DNA of 64,000 nt, from NCBI RefSeq assembly GCF_963921235.1, contig NC_086108.1, forward strand, positions 49,912,001-49,976,000, given 5' to 3'. Source of the DNA: Mobula hypostoma. Taxonomy: Eukaryota. Positions 12,502 through 26,600 of the stretch are shown here, piece by piece. The notes beneath the pieces are model-generated. The model was not told where the DNA came from, did not search any database, and saw only the letters and a list, made by a program, of their open reading frames with translations. Within the stretch, counting starts at the first letter, position 1, and every line of letters begins with the position of its first letter. The position numbers and the translations under genes are program-made.

Positions 12502-13349
12502 GCCGAGCTGCTGGGCCGTGCTCCTCGCTGCCTTTCCCGTGTTCACTGCAGGGCGAGGCGAGCTTCAGATCGTTTTACAGCCTCGGCTGGCTCGCTGTTC
12601 GCACATAGTGCGTCATCCATTGATTATTCAGTTCTTTATTTTTTGTTTGGTGTCCCCGTTTGCATCTTGCGCCAGATGCTAGCGAATTTAAGCGGCAAAT
12701 CGAAAAAAGGCACTAACCTCTTAGAATGCATTCTCACTTTTTCAATCTCGGAGCCTTTTTGCCATAAAATGCATCAAAAATAAGGGATTTACCTGAACAC
12801 GGAGTTTAGCCCGGAACGCAGACTGCTCTGAGAGATGTATTTTCACTAAGCGGATCTTCGTCTATCACCGCTAGTAAGGAACTACAAGCCCCAGATAGCA
12901 TTCCTCACTTCAGCGAGAGTTCAACAGTAAATAATAAACAAAAACAAGAGCGCAAATTTTCGAAGTGCAATTTTAAAGAAGCGACGTCTTGGACATTAAA
13001 TGTTTATATGGACCCTTGTCTTTTTTGATCGTTACTGTTGGGTGACATTTTTATTGATATGGTTCCCCCCATTTCGATTTTGCAACCCTCACTCTTGAGT
13101 GAAATACTCTCCGGGCTTTTGTTTTAGTCTGTATCTGCATTCACCCACCTTCTGTAAGAGTGAATTAACTTCGACGCACTATCTAATTAACTGGAATGGT
13201 ATCTGGGAGAATGGAGTTTTGCTTTAGGAAGGAAACAGAGGAGGTTGTGTAGGGGATTACTTACAATTTTGAAGGATAGGATCTTATAGGGTTTAATTGA
13301 AATGAACTATTTCATGTGGAGGCTACCGGAGGACACAGATGGATGACAT

Positions 13350-13712
13350 GGGGGACCGCAGACGCTGACATCTGGAGCAACAAACATTCTGTTGGAGGAC
13401 GGGGCCAGGGGATTCGGCGTGAGACCCAGCATCAGAGTGGAGCGGGGCGATGGCCAGTACAGAGAAAGCGGGAGAGTTGAAATAGGGGTTGGCAGGGAGT
13501 TCACTGCTCTTCGACCACATTCGTTATCACCTACCGGTTCCTGTCAAATGCCAAGTACAATCATGGTAAGGGATAAGACCATGTTTGCCTACGTCATACC
13601 ACAGGCACATAATGATGGTGACAATGATTTTCTCGCTACCGATTCAGGCTCTCGATCTAAAACGTCGACAATTTCATTTCCCGCTGATTTCCTCCAGCAG
13701 TGTTTTTCTCAC
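13350..13712. mobile_element. Old Penelope-type relic with terminal repeats in inverted orientation
   Basis: Left arm gcagacgctgacatctggagcaac...gttggagga (minus) and right arm ctctcgatctaaaacgtcgacaa...ttcctccagcag (plus). Confidence 0.5.
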
Positions 13713-14008
13713 AGATAGATAGGTCACTAAAGAACGCGGGGAGTTGAAGGGATGGGTGTGGAGCGTTCAGAGATGAGGAAGAAGTTAGTTCTACAACATT
13801 GTAATGATTTGGTTCGCCACTTGAAATGGCGACGGAAGCTGATTCAGTTAGACTTTACAAAGAGAATTGAATACGTATTTGAAAAGGAATTTAAGAAACA
13901 TACGATTGACAAGATACCAAGGAGTGACGTTAATTGGAGTGATTTTCGCTTAAAGTGCTGGTTTTGGCCTGGTGGCTTTCTGTATCATTTGATTCTATTC
14001 ATGTATGT

Positions 14009-14125
14009 TAGATGAAAGGTCGTCGACCTGAAACTTTTCTGAACATTTGCTGCTTGAATTCCCGCGCCACTCCAGTAGTTTCTGATTTTGTTTCAGGTTT
14101 CCAGTATCTATAGCGTTTTATTTTT
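14009..14125 (+). mobile_element. Penelope-type terminal repeat relic with hammerhead-like core
   Basis: tagatga-aaggtcgtcgacct-gaaac...ctccagtag...tttccagtatcta. Confidence 0.5.
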
Positions 14126-15479
14126 GGCTACCCGCATTAAATAACAGGAATAATTGAACTCGAGAATAATTTTTCCCATTCACGCACAGATTAGATCGAA
14201 TGCATCTGCGCACCAGTACTTTCAGGGTGATTACCAATATCTGGCATAAACTGAATGGCAATGCCTCAATTCACATTGACAGGAGAACCCGAAATATATA
14301 CAACTGGTAAAATAGGATTACATTACTGAATGTTTTGGGCATTGAATTTAATCAATGGCTCTGGGACGTTTAAAAAGTGAAATCCATTTTTTCAATGTAG
14401 GAAATATGGTTATTGATATTTCTCAGGCCGGAGTTCCATAAGGAAAGAACACTATACCGGACTAACAGAGGACATTACTGTGAAGTGGAGCTGGGTTCTC
14501 ATCGCAGCTGTAGAAAGGAATTGATCAGTTCAGACCCATGTCGGACCTGATATTTCAGCATATCGTCATGAGTTGTGCTTAAAGTTTGGTAAAACTATGG
14601 ACTGACAACTGCGTGACAAAAACAGTGTGTGGTGCTTTACTTCTATATTCGAACAAGGAGAACAGAACATGTTAATTTAAACTCGGGAATGTTAACGGAC
14701 CCGGAAAGAACGAGGTTAAAGCTGCATATTTGGAATAGCTGCAACACCATGCAGAATCAGCGAGCAGATCTCAAGAAAGTGCAGATGCTTTTAACTTATT
14801 TGCATTTGCACTCTGCTTTTTTGGGTCTGGTCGGGCTTTATCTTGGATCTTTATGCAGTTTCTGGATGCTTCAAGCAAACGCAAACAAACACACTTTCCA
14901 GGCAGAAAGCTTCCCGTCGGATGTGATTTAAAATATAACCCACAATTCCTTGCAGTTGAAGTTGCTTCTATGTTAATTTTATGTTTGACATCTAGAATAA
15001 ATTTTAATTTATAGAAAGAGACCCTTTTAAAACAAAATTCTCAAGTAACATATGCTCTGTAATATTCAGTACCCATTAATGGCAAAATGGAAGAGAACTG
15101 CAGATTTGACACATATGTGGCACATTCCTCCTGTTCTGACCACAAAACTGAGTTCACTGTGATCAGCAGAGAGCAAAGGTTGGAATAGCAACTTGTCATG
15201 GCGATGAGGACTTGCAGGGGGATGACATTTGGCCACAGAATGTGCCACAGGATTCTCAGAGTCTGTGAAATTTATGTAGAGATACTGTGGCCACTCCAAG
15301 TGTGATTTATTATATGTGTTCCGTGCAAGCACATTCTCCCCGCCCCCCCCCGCCAAAAAAAAGGCATACATTTTTTTCTGAAGATATATTCTTCTCAGTT
15401 TGTCAAGCTGGGAATGGGGGGAATCTTGCAGGGAATGGTTCCAGGACCACATTCTATATGGTGGGGGGATGCCAATCTG

Positions 15480-16255
15480 AATGAATGGGCAAGAATCTGG
15501 CAGATTGAATGTAAAACCATCTACTTTGATTAATGGAATGACATGGAGTATTTGTTAATTGGTGAGATCTTGGGGACTATGCTATCTAAAGGGATCCTGG
15601 TGTGCTTGCATAGTAGTTGCTGCATGCCAACTTGCAGGTATGGCAAATAAAGAGGGCAAGTAATAAGTTAGCATTGGAATATAGGAATAGGTGTTTTATG
15701 GAATTGTATAAGCCCATAGTGAGGCTTCCTCTGGAATACTGTGTACAGTTTTGGTCTTAGCAAAAAACTGACACACTTGCCATAGAAGGGGTGCAGCAAA
15801 TATTCACCAGACTGATTCTGGGACTGGGAGTTTGTTATTTGAGAAGGGATTGGGCAGACTAGGTTTATATATCCTGGAGTTTGGGGGCATAAGGAGATAG
15901 CTTAATGCATGCAAATTTTGACAATGCCTTACATGTGAGCTGCAGGGGAATATGTTAGTCCAAGTAAGGAGTCTACGAATAGGACAAAAGTTCCAGAATA
16001 ACAAGTACTTTAGCCCATTTAGGATTGAGAATATCAAACATTTCTTCCCTCTGAGAATGGTGAACTTTCAAAATTCACCTGGAGGGCTCTGAAATCAGTC
16101 ATTCAGAGGAGAGATCAATAGTTTTCTGGACAGATGCAAAGGGTTATGGATAGTGCTGGTGAGCATCTCTGAGTAGAATATCAGTTATGATCTTAAAGAA
16201 AGGCAGAGTCATCTTAAAGGGCCAAATGACTCTTCTGCTCGGACTTCTAATTTAC
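15480..16255 (+). mobile_element. Old CR1 LINE 3' fragment
   Basis: LYKPIVRLPLEYCVQFWS-like sequence at 15700-15760 plus CR1-type 3' UTR. Confidence 0.75.
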
Positions 16256-16316
16256 TTACGTTCAATCAAATGCCTCATATAAATGTAGAACCATAGCTTA
16301 CACAGTACCTTATATA

Positions 16317-17418
16317 CACTCAGTGACTACTTTACTAGATCCATATGTACACCTGCTTGTTAATCCAAATGTCTAATCAGCCATGCAGCAGCATATGGCT
16401 GCAATTCAATTCATAAAAGCATGCAGACAAGGGCAAGAGGTTCGGTTATTGTTCGGACCAAACATTTGAATGAGTAACAAGTCTGACTGAAGTGACTTTG
16501 ATCATGGAATGTATATTGGTGGCAAAATGGGGTGGTTTGAGTATCTCAAAAACTGCTAGTCTCCTGGGATTTTCATGCACAGTAGTCTCTAGAGTTTACA
16601 GAGATGGCATGAAAACAAAAACATCCAGTGAGTGGCAGTTCTGTGGGGAAAAGACTTTTTAATTGAGAGAGTTCAGAGGAGAATAGCCAGATTGATTCAA
16701 GCTGACAGAAAGGCGACAGTAACTTAATTAACTACACTTTACAACACATGTTCAGAAGAGCATCTCTGGATGCACAGCACATTGAACCTTGAAGTGGATG
16801 GGCTACAGCAGGAGAAGACCATGAATATACATAACACCATAAGATATAGGAGCAGACTTAGGCCTTTTGGCCCATCGAGTCCGTTCTGCCATTTCATCAT
16901 GGCTGATCCAATTTTCTTCTCAGCCCCAATCTCTGCCTTCTCCCAGCATCCCTTCATGCCCTGACCAGTCAAGAATCTATCAACCTCTGCTTTAAATTTA
17001 CCTAAAAACTTGGACTCCACAGCTACCAGTGGCAACACATTCCACAGATACACCACTCTCTGGCTAAAGAAGTTACTCCTCATCTCCATTCTAAAAGGAT
17101 GACCCTCTATTCTGAGGCTGTGTTCTCTGGTCTTAGACTCTCCCACCATAGAAAACATTCTCTCCACATCCACTCAATCAAGGCCTTCCATCATTTGATA
17201 GGTTTCAATGAGGTCACCCCTCATTCTTCTTAATTGTAATGAATAAAGGCCTGGAGCTATCAAAAGCTCTTCATATGACAAGCCATTCAAACCTGGAATC
17301 ATTTTCGTAAACCTCCTCTGAACCTTCTCCCATCTAAGGTACGGGGCCCAAATCTGCTCACAATATTCCAGGTGATGCACTCAGTATAGGAGGTAACCTA
17401 ATAAGGTGGCCACTAAAG
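16317..17418 (+). mobile_element. Non-autonomous Tc1/mariner element, interrupted by a CR1 fragment
   Basis: TA+cactcagtgactacttta left end, cctaataaggtggccact right end; transposase N-terminal relic GGLSISKTASLLGFSCTVVSRVYR. Confidence 0.8.
16830..17375 (-). mobile_element. CR1 LINE 3' fragment nested in the Tc1 element
   Basis: HLEYCEQIWAPYLR, RRMRGDLIETY, NFFSQRVVYLWNVLP; ccataagatatagg tail. Confidence 0.9.
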
Positions 17419-17659
17419 ATTTAAAAATGTAGCTTTCCCAGTTATTGAGTGCTTCTTTATCAGGCAACTTCACCGTAATCTAATTGGTTTATGCATCTGT
17501 GATTTCATCCCTTTCCCAGTCTAATGTAAATAGGGGAGGCAGGATAGATATTACTACCTCAAGATCTGCATTGAACAATTCCACATTAGAGTTCTTTGTA
17601 CCATAACCTTTCCTCCTTTCTGAGGCCTGGATGACTTATTCACCTGTGTGATTGTCAGT

Positions 17660-20600
17660 GTTCACTTCCAACACCACCTTCCTCCATTCCGACCAGTTCC
17701 CTTCCAGCACCACCTTCCTCCATTCCGACCAGTTCCCTTCCAAAACCACCTTCCTCCATTCTGACCAGTTCCCTCCCAACACCACCTTCCTCCATTCCGA
17801 CCAGTTCCCTCCCAACACCACCTTCCTCCATTCCGACCAGTTCCCTTCCAACACCACCTTCGTCCACTCTGACCAGTTCACCTTCACCACCACCTTCCTC
17901 CATTCCAACCAGTTCCCTCCCAACACCACCTTCCTCCATTCCAACCAGTTCCCTTCCAACACCACCTTCCTCCATTCAGACCAGTTCCCATCCAACACCA
18001 CCTTCCTCCATTCCAACCAGTTCCTTCCCAACACCACCTTCCTCCATTCCGACCAGTTCCCATCCAACACCACTTTCCTCCATTCCGACCAGTTCACCTT
18101 CACCACCACCTTCCTGCATTCCAACCAGTTCCCTCCCAACACCACCTTCCTCCATTCCAACCAGTTCCCTCCCAACACAACCTTCCTCCATTCCGACCAG
18201 TTCACCTTCACCACCACCTTCCTCCATTCCAACCAGTTCCCTCCCAACACCTTTCCTCCATTCCAACTAGTTCCCTTCCAACACCACCTTCCTCCATTCC
18301 GACCAGTTCCCATCCAACACCACCTTCCTCCATTCCGACCAGTTCACCTTCACCACCACCCTCCTCCATTCCGACCAGTTCACCTTCACCACCACCTTCC
18401 TCTATTCCGACCAGTTCCCTCCCAACACCACCTTCCTCCATTCCGACCAGTTCCCATCCAACACCACCTTCCTCAATTCCCACCAGTTCACCTTCACCAC
18501 CACCTTCTTCCATTCCGACCAGTTCCCTCCCAACACCACCTTCCTCCATTCCGACTAGTTCCCTACCAACACCACCTTCCTTCATTCCGACCAGTTTACT
18601 TCCAACACCACCTTCCTCCATTCCGACCAGTTCCCTTCCAACACCACCTTCCTCCATTCCGACCAGTTCCCACCAACACCACCTTCCTCCATTCCGACCA
18701 GTTCCCATCCAACACCACCTTCCTCTATTCCGACCAGTTCCCTCCCAACACCACCTTCCTCCATTCCGACCAGTTCACCTTCACCACCACCTTCCTCTAT
18801 TCCGACCAGTTCCCTCCCAACACCACCTTCCTCCATTCCGACCAGTTCCCATCCAACACCACCTTCCTCAATTCCCACCAGTTCACCTTCACCACCACCT
18901 TCTTCCATTCCGACCAGTTCCCTCCCAACACCACCTTCCTCCATTCCGACCAGTTCCCTTCCAACACCACCTTCCTCCATTCCGACCAGTTCACTTCCAA
19001 CACCACCTTCCTCTATTCCGACCAGTTCCCTTCCAACACCACCTTCCTCCATTCCGACCAGTTCCCACCAACACCACCTTCCTCCATTCCAACCAGTTCC
19101 CATCCAACACCACCTTCCTCCATTCCGACCAGTTCCCTCCCAACACCACCTTCCTCCATTCCGACCAGTTCCCATCCAACACCACCTTCCTCCATTCCGA
19201 CCAGTTCCCTTCCAACACCACCTTCCTCCATTCCGACCAGTTCCCTTCCAACACCACCTTCCTCCATTCCGACCAGTTCCCATCCAACACCACCTTCCTC
19301 CATTCCGACCAGTTCCCATCCAACACCACATTCCTCCATTCCAACCAGTTCCCTCCCAACACCACCTTCCTCCATTCCGACCAGTTCACCTTCACCACCA
19401 CCTTCCTCTATTCCGACCAGTTCCCTCCCAACACCACCTTCCTCCATTTCAACCAGTTCCCATCCAACACCACCTTCCTCCATTCCGACCAGTTCCCTCC
19501 CAATACCACCTTCCTCCATTCCGACCAGTTCACTTCCAACACCACCTTCCTCCATTCCGACCAGTTCACTTTCACCACCACCTTCCTCCATTCCGACCAG
19601 TTCACTTTCACCACCACCTTCCTCCATTCCGACCAGTTCCCTTCCAACACCACCTTCCTCCATTCCGACCAGTTCCCATCCAACACCACCTTCCTCCATT
19701 CCGACCAGTTCACCTTCACCACCACCTTCCTGCATTCCAACCAGTTCCCTCCCAACACCACCTTCCTCCATTCCAACCAGTTCCCTCCCAACACAACCTT
19801 CCTCCATTCCGACCAGTTCACCTTCACCACCACCTTCCTCCATTCCGACCAGTTCCCTGCCAACACCACCTTCCTCCATTCCGACCAGTTCACCTTCACC
19901 ACCACCTTCCTCCATTCCGACCAGTTCCCTCCCAACACCACCTTCCTCCATTCCAACTAGTTCCCTCCCAACACCACCTTCCTCCATTCCGATCAGTTCC
20001 CTTCCAACACCACCTTCCTCCATTCTGACCAGTTCCCATCCAACACCACCTTCCTCCATTCCGAACAGTTCCCATCCAACACTACCTTCCTGCATTCCGA
20101 CCAGTTCCCTTCCAACACCACCTTCCTCCATTCCGACCAGTTCCCATCCAACACCACCTTCCTCCATTCCGACCAGCTCCCATCCAACACCACCTTCCTC
20201 CATTCCGACCAGTTCCCTTCCCACACCACCTTACTCCATTCCAACCAGTTCACTTTCACCACCACCTTCCTCCATTCCTACCAGTTCACTTTCACCACCA
20301 CCTTCCTCCATTCCAACCAGTTCCCTCCCAACACCCCCTTCCTCCATTCCAACCAGTTCCCTCCTAACACCACCTTCCTCCATTCTGACCAGTTCCCTCC
20401 CAACACCACCTTCCTCCATTCCAACCAGTTCACTTTCACCACCACCTTCCTCCATTCCTACCAGTTCACTTTCACCACCACCTTCCTCCATTCCAACCAG
20501 TTCCCTCCCAACACCACCTTCCTCCATTCCAACCAGTTCCCTCCTAACACCACCTTCCTCCATTCTGACCAGTTCCCTCCCAACACCACCTTCCTCCATT

Positions 20601-23600
20601 CCAACTAGATCCCATCCAACACCACCTTCCTCCATTCCGACCAGTTCCCTTCCAACACCACCTTCCTCCATTCCAACTAGATCCCATCCAACACCACCTT
20701 CCTCCATTCCGACCAGTTCCCTCCAACACCACCTTCCTCCATTCAGACCAGTTCCCTCTCAACACCGCCTTCCTCCATTCCAACCAGTTCCTTCCCAACA
20801 CCACCTTCCTCCATTCCGACCAGTTTCCTTCCAACACCACCTTCCTCCATTCCGACCAGTTCCCATCCAACACCACCTTCCTCCATTCCGACCAGTTCCC
20901 TTCCAACACCACCTTCCTCCATTCCGACCAGTTCCCTTCCAACACTACCTTCCTCCATTCCGACCAGTTCCCTTCCAACACCACCTTCCTCCATTCCGAC
21001 CAGTTCCCTTCCAACACCACCTTCCTCCATTCTGACCAGTTCCCTCCCAACACTACCTTCCTCCATTCCGACCAGTTCCCTCTCAACACCGCCTTCCTCC
21101 ATTCCAACCAGTTCCTTCCCAAAACCACCTTCCTCCATTCCGACCAGTTCCCTCCCAACACCACCTTCCTCCATTCCGACCAGTTCCCTTCCAACACCAC
21201 CTTCCTCCATTCTGACCAGTTCCCTCCCAACACTACCTTCCTCCATTCCGACCAGTTCCCTCTCAACACCGCCTTCCTCCATTCCAACCAGTTCCTTCCC
21301 AAAACCACCTTCCTCCATTCCGACCAGTTCCCTCCCAACACCACCTTCCTCCATTCCGACCAGTTCCCATCCAACACCACCTTCCTCCATTCCGACCAGT
21401 TCCCTTCCAACACCACCTTCCTCCATTCTGACCAGTTCCCATCCAACACCACCTTCCTGCATTCCGACCAGTTCCCATCCAACACCACCTTCCTGCATTC
21501 CGACCAGTTCCCTTCCAACACCACCTTCCTCCATTCCGACCAGTTCACTTTCACCACCACCTTCCTCCATTCCGACCAGTTCCCTCCCAACACCACCTTC
21601 CTCCATTCCAATCAGTTCCCTCCCAACACCACCTTCCTCCATTCCGACCAGTTCACCTTCACCACCACCTTCCTCCATTCCAACCAGTTCCCTCCCAACA
21701 CCACCTTCCTCCATTCCAATCAGTTCCCTCCCAACACCACCTTCCTCCATTCCGACCAGTTCACCTTCACCACCACCTTCCTCCATTCCAACCAGTTCCC
21801 TCCCAACACCACTTTCCTCTATTCCAACCAGTTCCCTTCCAACACCACCTTCCTCCATTCCGACCAGTTCCCATCCAACACCACCTTCCTCCATTCCGAC
21901 CAGTTCCCTCCCAACACCACCTTCCTCCATTCCGACCAGTTCCCTCCCAACACTATCTTCCTCCATTCCGACCAGTTCCCTCTCAACACCGCCTTCCTCC
22001 ATTCCAACCAGTTCCTACCCAACACCACCTTCCTCCATTCCGACCAGTTCCCTTCCAACACCACCTTCCTCCATTCCGACCAGTTCACCTTCACCACCAC
22101 CTTCCTCCATTCCAACCAGTTCCCTCCCAACACCACCTTTCTCCATTCCGACCAGTTCCCTTCCAACACCACCTTCCTCCATTCCGACCAGTTCCCTTCT
22201 AACACCACCTTCCTCCATTCCGACCAGTTCCCTTCCAACACCACCTTCCTCCATTCCGACCAGTTTCCTCCCAACACTACCTTCCTCCATTCCGACCAGT
22301 TCCCTCTCAACACCGCCTTCCTCCATTCCAACCAGTTCCTTCCCAACACCACCTTCCTCCATTCCAACTTGTTCCCTTCCAACACCACCTTCCTCCATTC
22401 CGACCAGTTCCCATCCAACACCACCTTCCTCCATTCCGACCAGTTCCCTTCCAACACCACCTTCCTCCATTCCGACCAGTTCCCTCCCAATACCACCTTC
22501 CTCCATTCCGACCAGTTCACTTCCAACACCACCTTCCTCCATTCCGACCAGTTCATCTTTCACCACCACCTTCCTCCATTCCGACCAGTTCACTTTCACC
22601 ACCACCTTCCTCCATTCCGACCAGTTCCCTTCCAACACCACCTTCCTCCATTCCGACCAGTTCCCATCCAACACCACCTTCCTCCATTCCGACCAGTTCA
22701 CCTTCACCACCACCTTCCTGCATTCCAACCAGTTCCCTCCCAACACCACCTTCCTCCATTCCAACCAGTTCCCTCCCAACACAACCTTCCTCCATTCCGA
22801 CCAGTTCACCTTCACCACCACCTTCCTCCATTCCGACCAGTTCCCTGCCAACACCACCTTCCTCCATTCCGACCAGTTCACCTTCACCACCACCTTCCTC
22901 CATTCCGACCAGTTCCCTCCCAACACCACCTTCCTCCATTCCAACTAGTTCCCTCCCAACACCACCTTCCTCCATTCCGATCAGTTCCCTTCCAACACCA
23001 CCTTCCTCCATTCTGACCAGTTCCCATCCAACACCACCTTCCTCCATTCCGAACAGTTCCCATCCAACACTACCTTCCTGCATTCCGACCAGTTCCCTTC
23101 CAACACCACCTTCCTCCATTCCGACCAGTTCCCATCCAACACCACCTTCCTCCATTCCGACCAGCTCCCATCCAACACCACCTTCCTCCATTCCGACCAG
23201 TTCCCTTCCCACACCACCTTACTCCATTCCAACCAGTTCACTTTCACCACCACCTTCCTCCATTCCTACCAGTTCACTTTCACCACCACCTTCCTCCATT
23301 CCAACCAGTTCCCTCCCAAAACCACCTTCCTCCATTCCAACCAGTTCCCTCCTAACACCACCTTCCTCCATTCTGACCAGTTCCCTCCCAACACCACCTT
23401 CCTCCATTCCAACCAGTTCACCTTCACCACCACCTTCCTCCATTCCAACCAGTTCCCTCCCAACACCACCTTCCTCCATTCCAACTAGATCCCATCCAAC
23501 ACCACCTTCCTCCATTCCGACCAGTTCCCTCCAACACCACCTTCCTCCATTCAGACCAGTTCCCTCTCAACACCGCCTTCCTCCATTCCAACCAGTTCCT

Positions 23601-26600
23601 TCCCAACACCACCTTCCTCCATTCCGACCAGTTTCCTTCCAACACCACCTTCCTCCATTCCGACCAGTTCCCATCCAACACCACCTTCCTCCATTCCGAC
23701 CAGTTCCCTTCCAACACCACCTTCCTCCATTCCGACCAGTTCCCTTCCAACACTACCTTCCTCCATTCCGACCAGTTCCCTTCCAACACCACCTTCCTCC
23801 ATTCCGACCAGTTCCCTTCCAACACCACCTTCCTCCATTCTGACCAGTTCCCTCCCAACACTACCTTCCTCCATTCCGACCAGTTCCCTCTCAACACCGC
23901 CTTCCTCCATTCCAACCAGTTCCTTCCCAAAACCACCTTCCTCCATTCCGACCAGTTCCCTCCCAACACCACCTTCCTCCATTCCGACCAGTTCCCTTCC
24001 AACACCACCTTCCTCCATTCCGACCAGTTCCCATCCAACACCACCTTCCTCCATTCCGACCAGTTCCCTTCCAACACCACCTTCCTCCATTCCAACCAGT
24101 TCCCTCCCAACACCACCTTCCTCCATTCCAACCAGTTCCCTTCCAACACCACCTTCCTCCATTCCGACCAATTCACCTTCACCACCACCTTCCTCCATTC
24201 CGACCAGTTCACTTTCACCACCACCTTCCTCCGTTCCGACCAGTTCCCTTCCAACACCACCTTCCTCCATTCCGACCAGTTCCCATCCAACACCACCTTC
24301 CTCCATTCCGACCAGTTCACCTTCACCACCACCTTCCTGCATTCCAACCAGTTCCCTCCCAACACCACCTTCCTCCATTCCAACCAGTTCCCTCCAAACA
24401 CAACCTTCCTCCATTCCGAGCAGTTCACCTTCACCACCACCTTCCTCCATTCCGACCAGTTCCCTCCCAACACCACCTTCCTCCATTCCGACCAGTTCCC
24501 ATCCAACACCACCTTCCTCCATTCCGACCAGTTCCCTTCCAACACCACCTTCCTCCATTCCTACCAGTTCCCTTCCAACACCACCTTCCTCCATTCCGAC
24601 CAGTTCCCTTCCAACACCACCTTCCTCCATTCCGACCAGTTCCCATCCAACACCACCTTCCTCCATTCCGACCAGTTCCCATCCAACACCACATTCCTCC
24701 ATTCCAACCAGTTCCCTCCCAACACCACCTTCCTCCATTCCGACCAGTTCACCTTCACCACCACCTTCCTCTATTCCGACCAGTTCCCTCCCAACACCAC
24801 CTTCCTCCATTTCAACCAGTTCCCATCCAACACCACCTTCCTCCATTCCGACCAGTTCCCTCCCAACACCACCTTCCTCCATTCCGACCAGTTCACTTCC
24901 AACACCACCTTCCTCCATTCCGACCAGTTCACTTTCACCACCACCTTCCTCCATTCCGACCAGTTCACTTTCACCACCACCTTCCTCCATTCCGACCAGT
25001 TCCCTTCCAACACCACCTTCCTCCATTCCGACCAGTTCCCATCCAACACCACCTTCCTCCATTCCGACCAGTTCACCTTCACCACCACCTTCCTGCATTC
25101 CAACCTGTTCCCTCCCAACACCACCTTCCTCCATTCCAACCAGTTCCCTCCCAACACAACCTTCCTCCATTCCGACCAGTTCACCTTCACCACCACCTTC
25201 CTCCATTCCGACCAGTTCCCTGCCAACACCACCTTCCTCCATTCCGACCAGTTCACCTTCACCACCACCTTCCTCCATTCCGACCAGTTCCCTCCCAACA
25301 CCACCTTCCTCCATTCCAACTAGTTCCCTCCCAACACCACCTTCTTCCATTCCGACCAGTTCCCTTCCAACACCACCTTCCTCCATTCTGACCAGTTCCC
25401 ATCCAACACCACCTTCCTCCATTCCGAACAGTTCCCATCCAACACTACCTTCCTGCATTCCGACCAGTTCCCTTCCAACACCACCTTCCTCCATTCCGAC
25501 CAGTTCCCATCCAACACCACCTTCCTCCATTCCGACCAGCTCCCATCCAACACCACCTTCCTCCATTCCGACCAGTTCCCTTCCCACACCACCTTACTCC
25601 ATTCCAACCAGTTCACTTTCACCACCACCTTCCTCCATTCCTACCAGTTCACTTTCACCACCACCTTCCTCCATTCCAACCAGTTCCCTCCCAACACCAC
25701 CTTCCTCCATTCCAACCAGTTCCCTCCTAACACCACCTTCCTCCATTCTGACCAGTTCCCTCCCAACACCACCTTCCTCCATTCCGACCAGTTCACCTTC
25801 ACCACCACCTTCCTCCATTCCTACCAGTTCACTTTCACCACCACCTTCCTCCATTCCAACCAGTTCCCTCCCAACACCACCTTCCTCCATTCCAACCAGT
25901 TCCCTCCTAACACCACCTTCCTCCATTCTGACCAGTTCCCTCCCAACACCACCTTCCTCCATTCCAACTAGATCCCATCCAACACCACCTTCCACCACCT
26001 CCATTCCGACCAGTTCCCTTCTTCCTCCATTCCAACACCACCTTCCTCCATTCCGACCAGTTCCCTCCAACACCACCTTCCTCCATTCAGACCAGTTCCC
26101 TCTCAACACCGCCTTCCTCCATTCCAACCAGTTCCTTCCCAACACCACCTTCCTCCATTCCGACCAGTTCCCTTCCAACACCACCTTCCTCCATTCCGAC
26201 CAGTTCCCATCCAACACCACCTTCCTCCATTCCGACCAGTTCCCTTCCAACACCACCTTCCTCCATTCCGACCAGTTCCCTTCCAACACTACCTTCCTCC
26301 ATTCCGACCAGTTCCCTTCCAACACCACCTTCCTCCATTCCGACCAGTTCCCTTCCAACACCACCTTCCTCCATTCTGACCAGTTCCCTCCCAACACTAC
26401 CTTCCTCCATTCCGACCAGTTCCCTCTCAACACCGCCTTCCTCCATTCCAACCAGTTCCTTCCCAACACCACCTTCCTCCATTCCGACCAGTTCCCTCCC
26501 AACACCACCTTCCTCCATTCCGACCAGTTCCCTTCCAACACCACCTTCCTCCATTCTGACCAGTTCCCTCCCAACACTACCTTCCTCCATTCCGACCAGT

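Larger units (their letters stand above)
10300..14900. promoter_or_regulatory. CpG-retaining region around NMNAT2 exon 1 (putative non-methylated promoter island)
   Basis: CpG visibly far more frequent than in unique sequence at 6550-9400 or 49600-52600; judged by eye. Confidence 0.65.

Noticed and set aside
12409..12783. Plus-strand 124-aa and 84-aa ORFs
   Set aside because: Antisense to NMNAT2 exon 1 in a GC-rich region; no recognisable protein
17652..21035. 1127-aa mucin-like gene
   Set aside because: Non-ATG start, the reading drifts through three different repeat peptides via indel units, no signal peptide or flanking exons, and the unit traces to a retroelement
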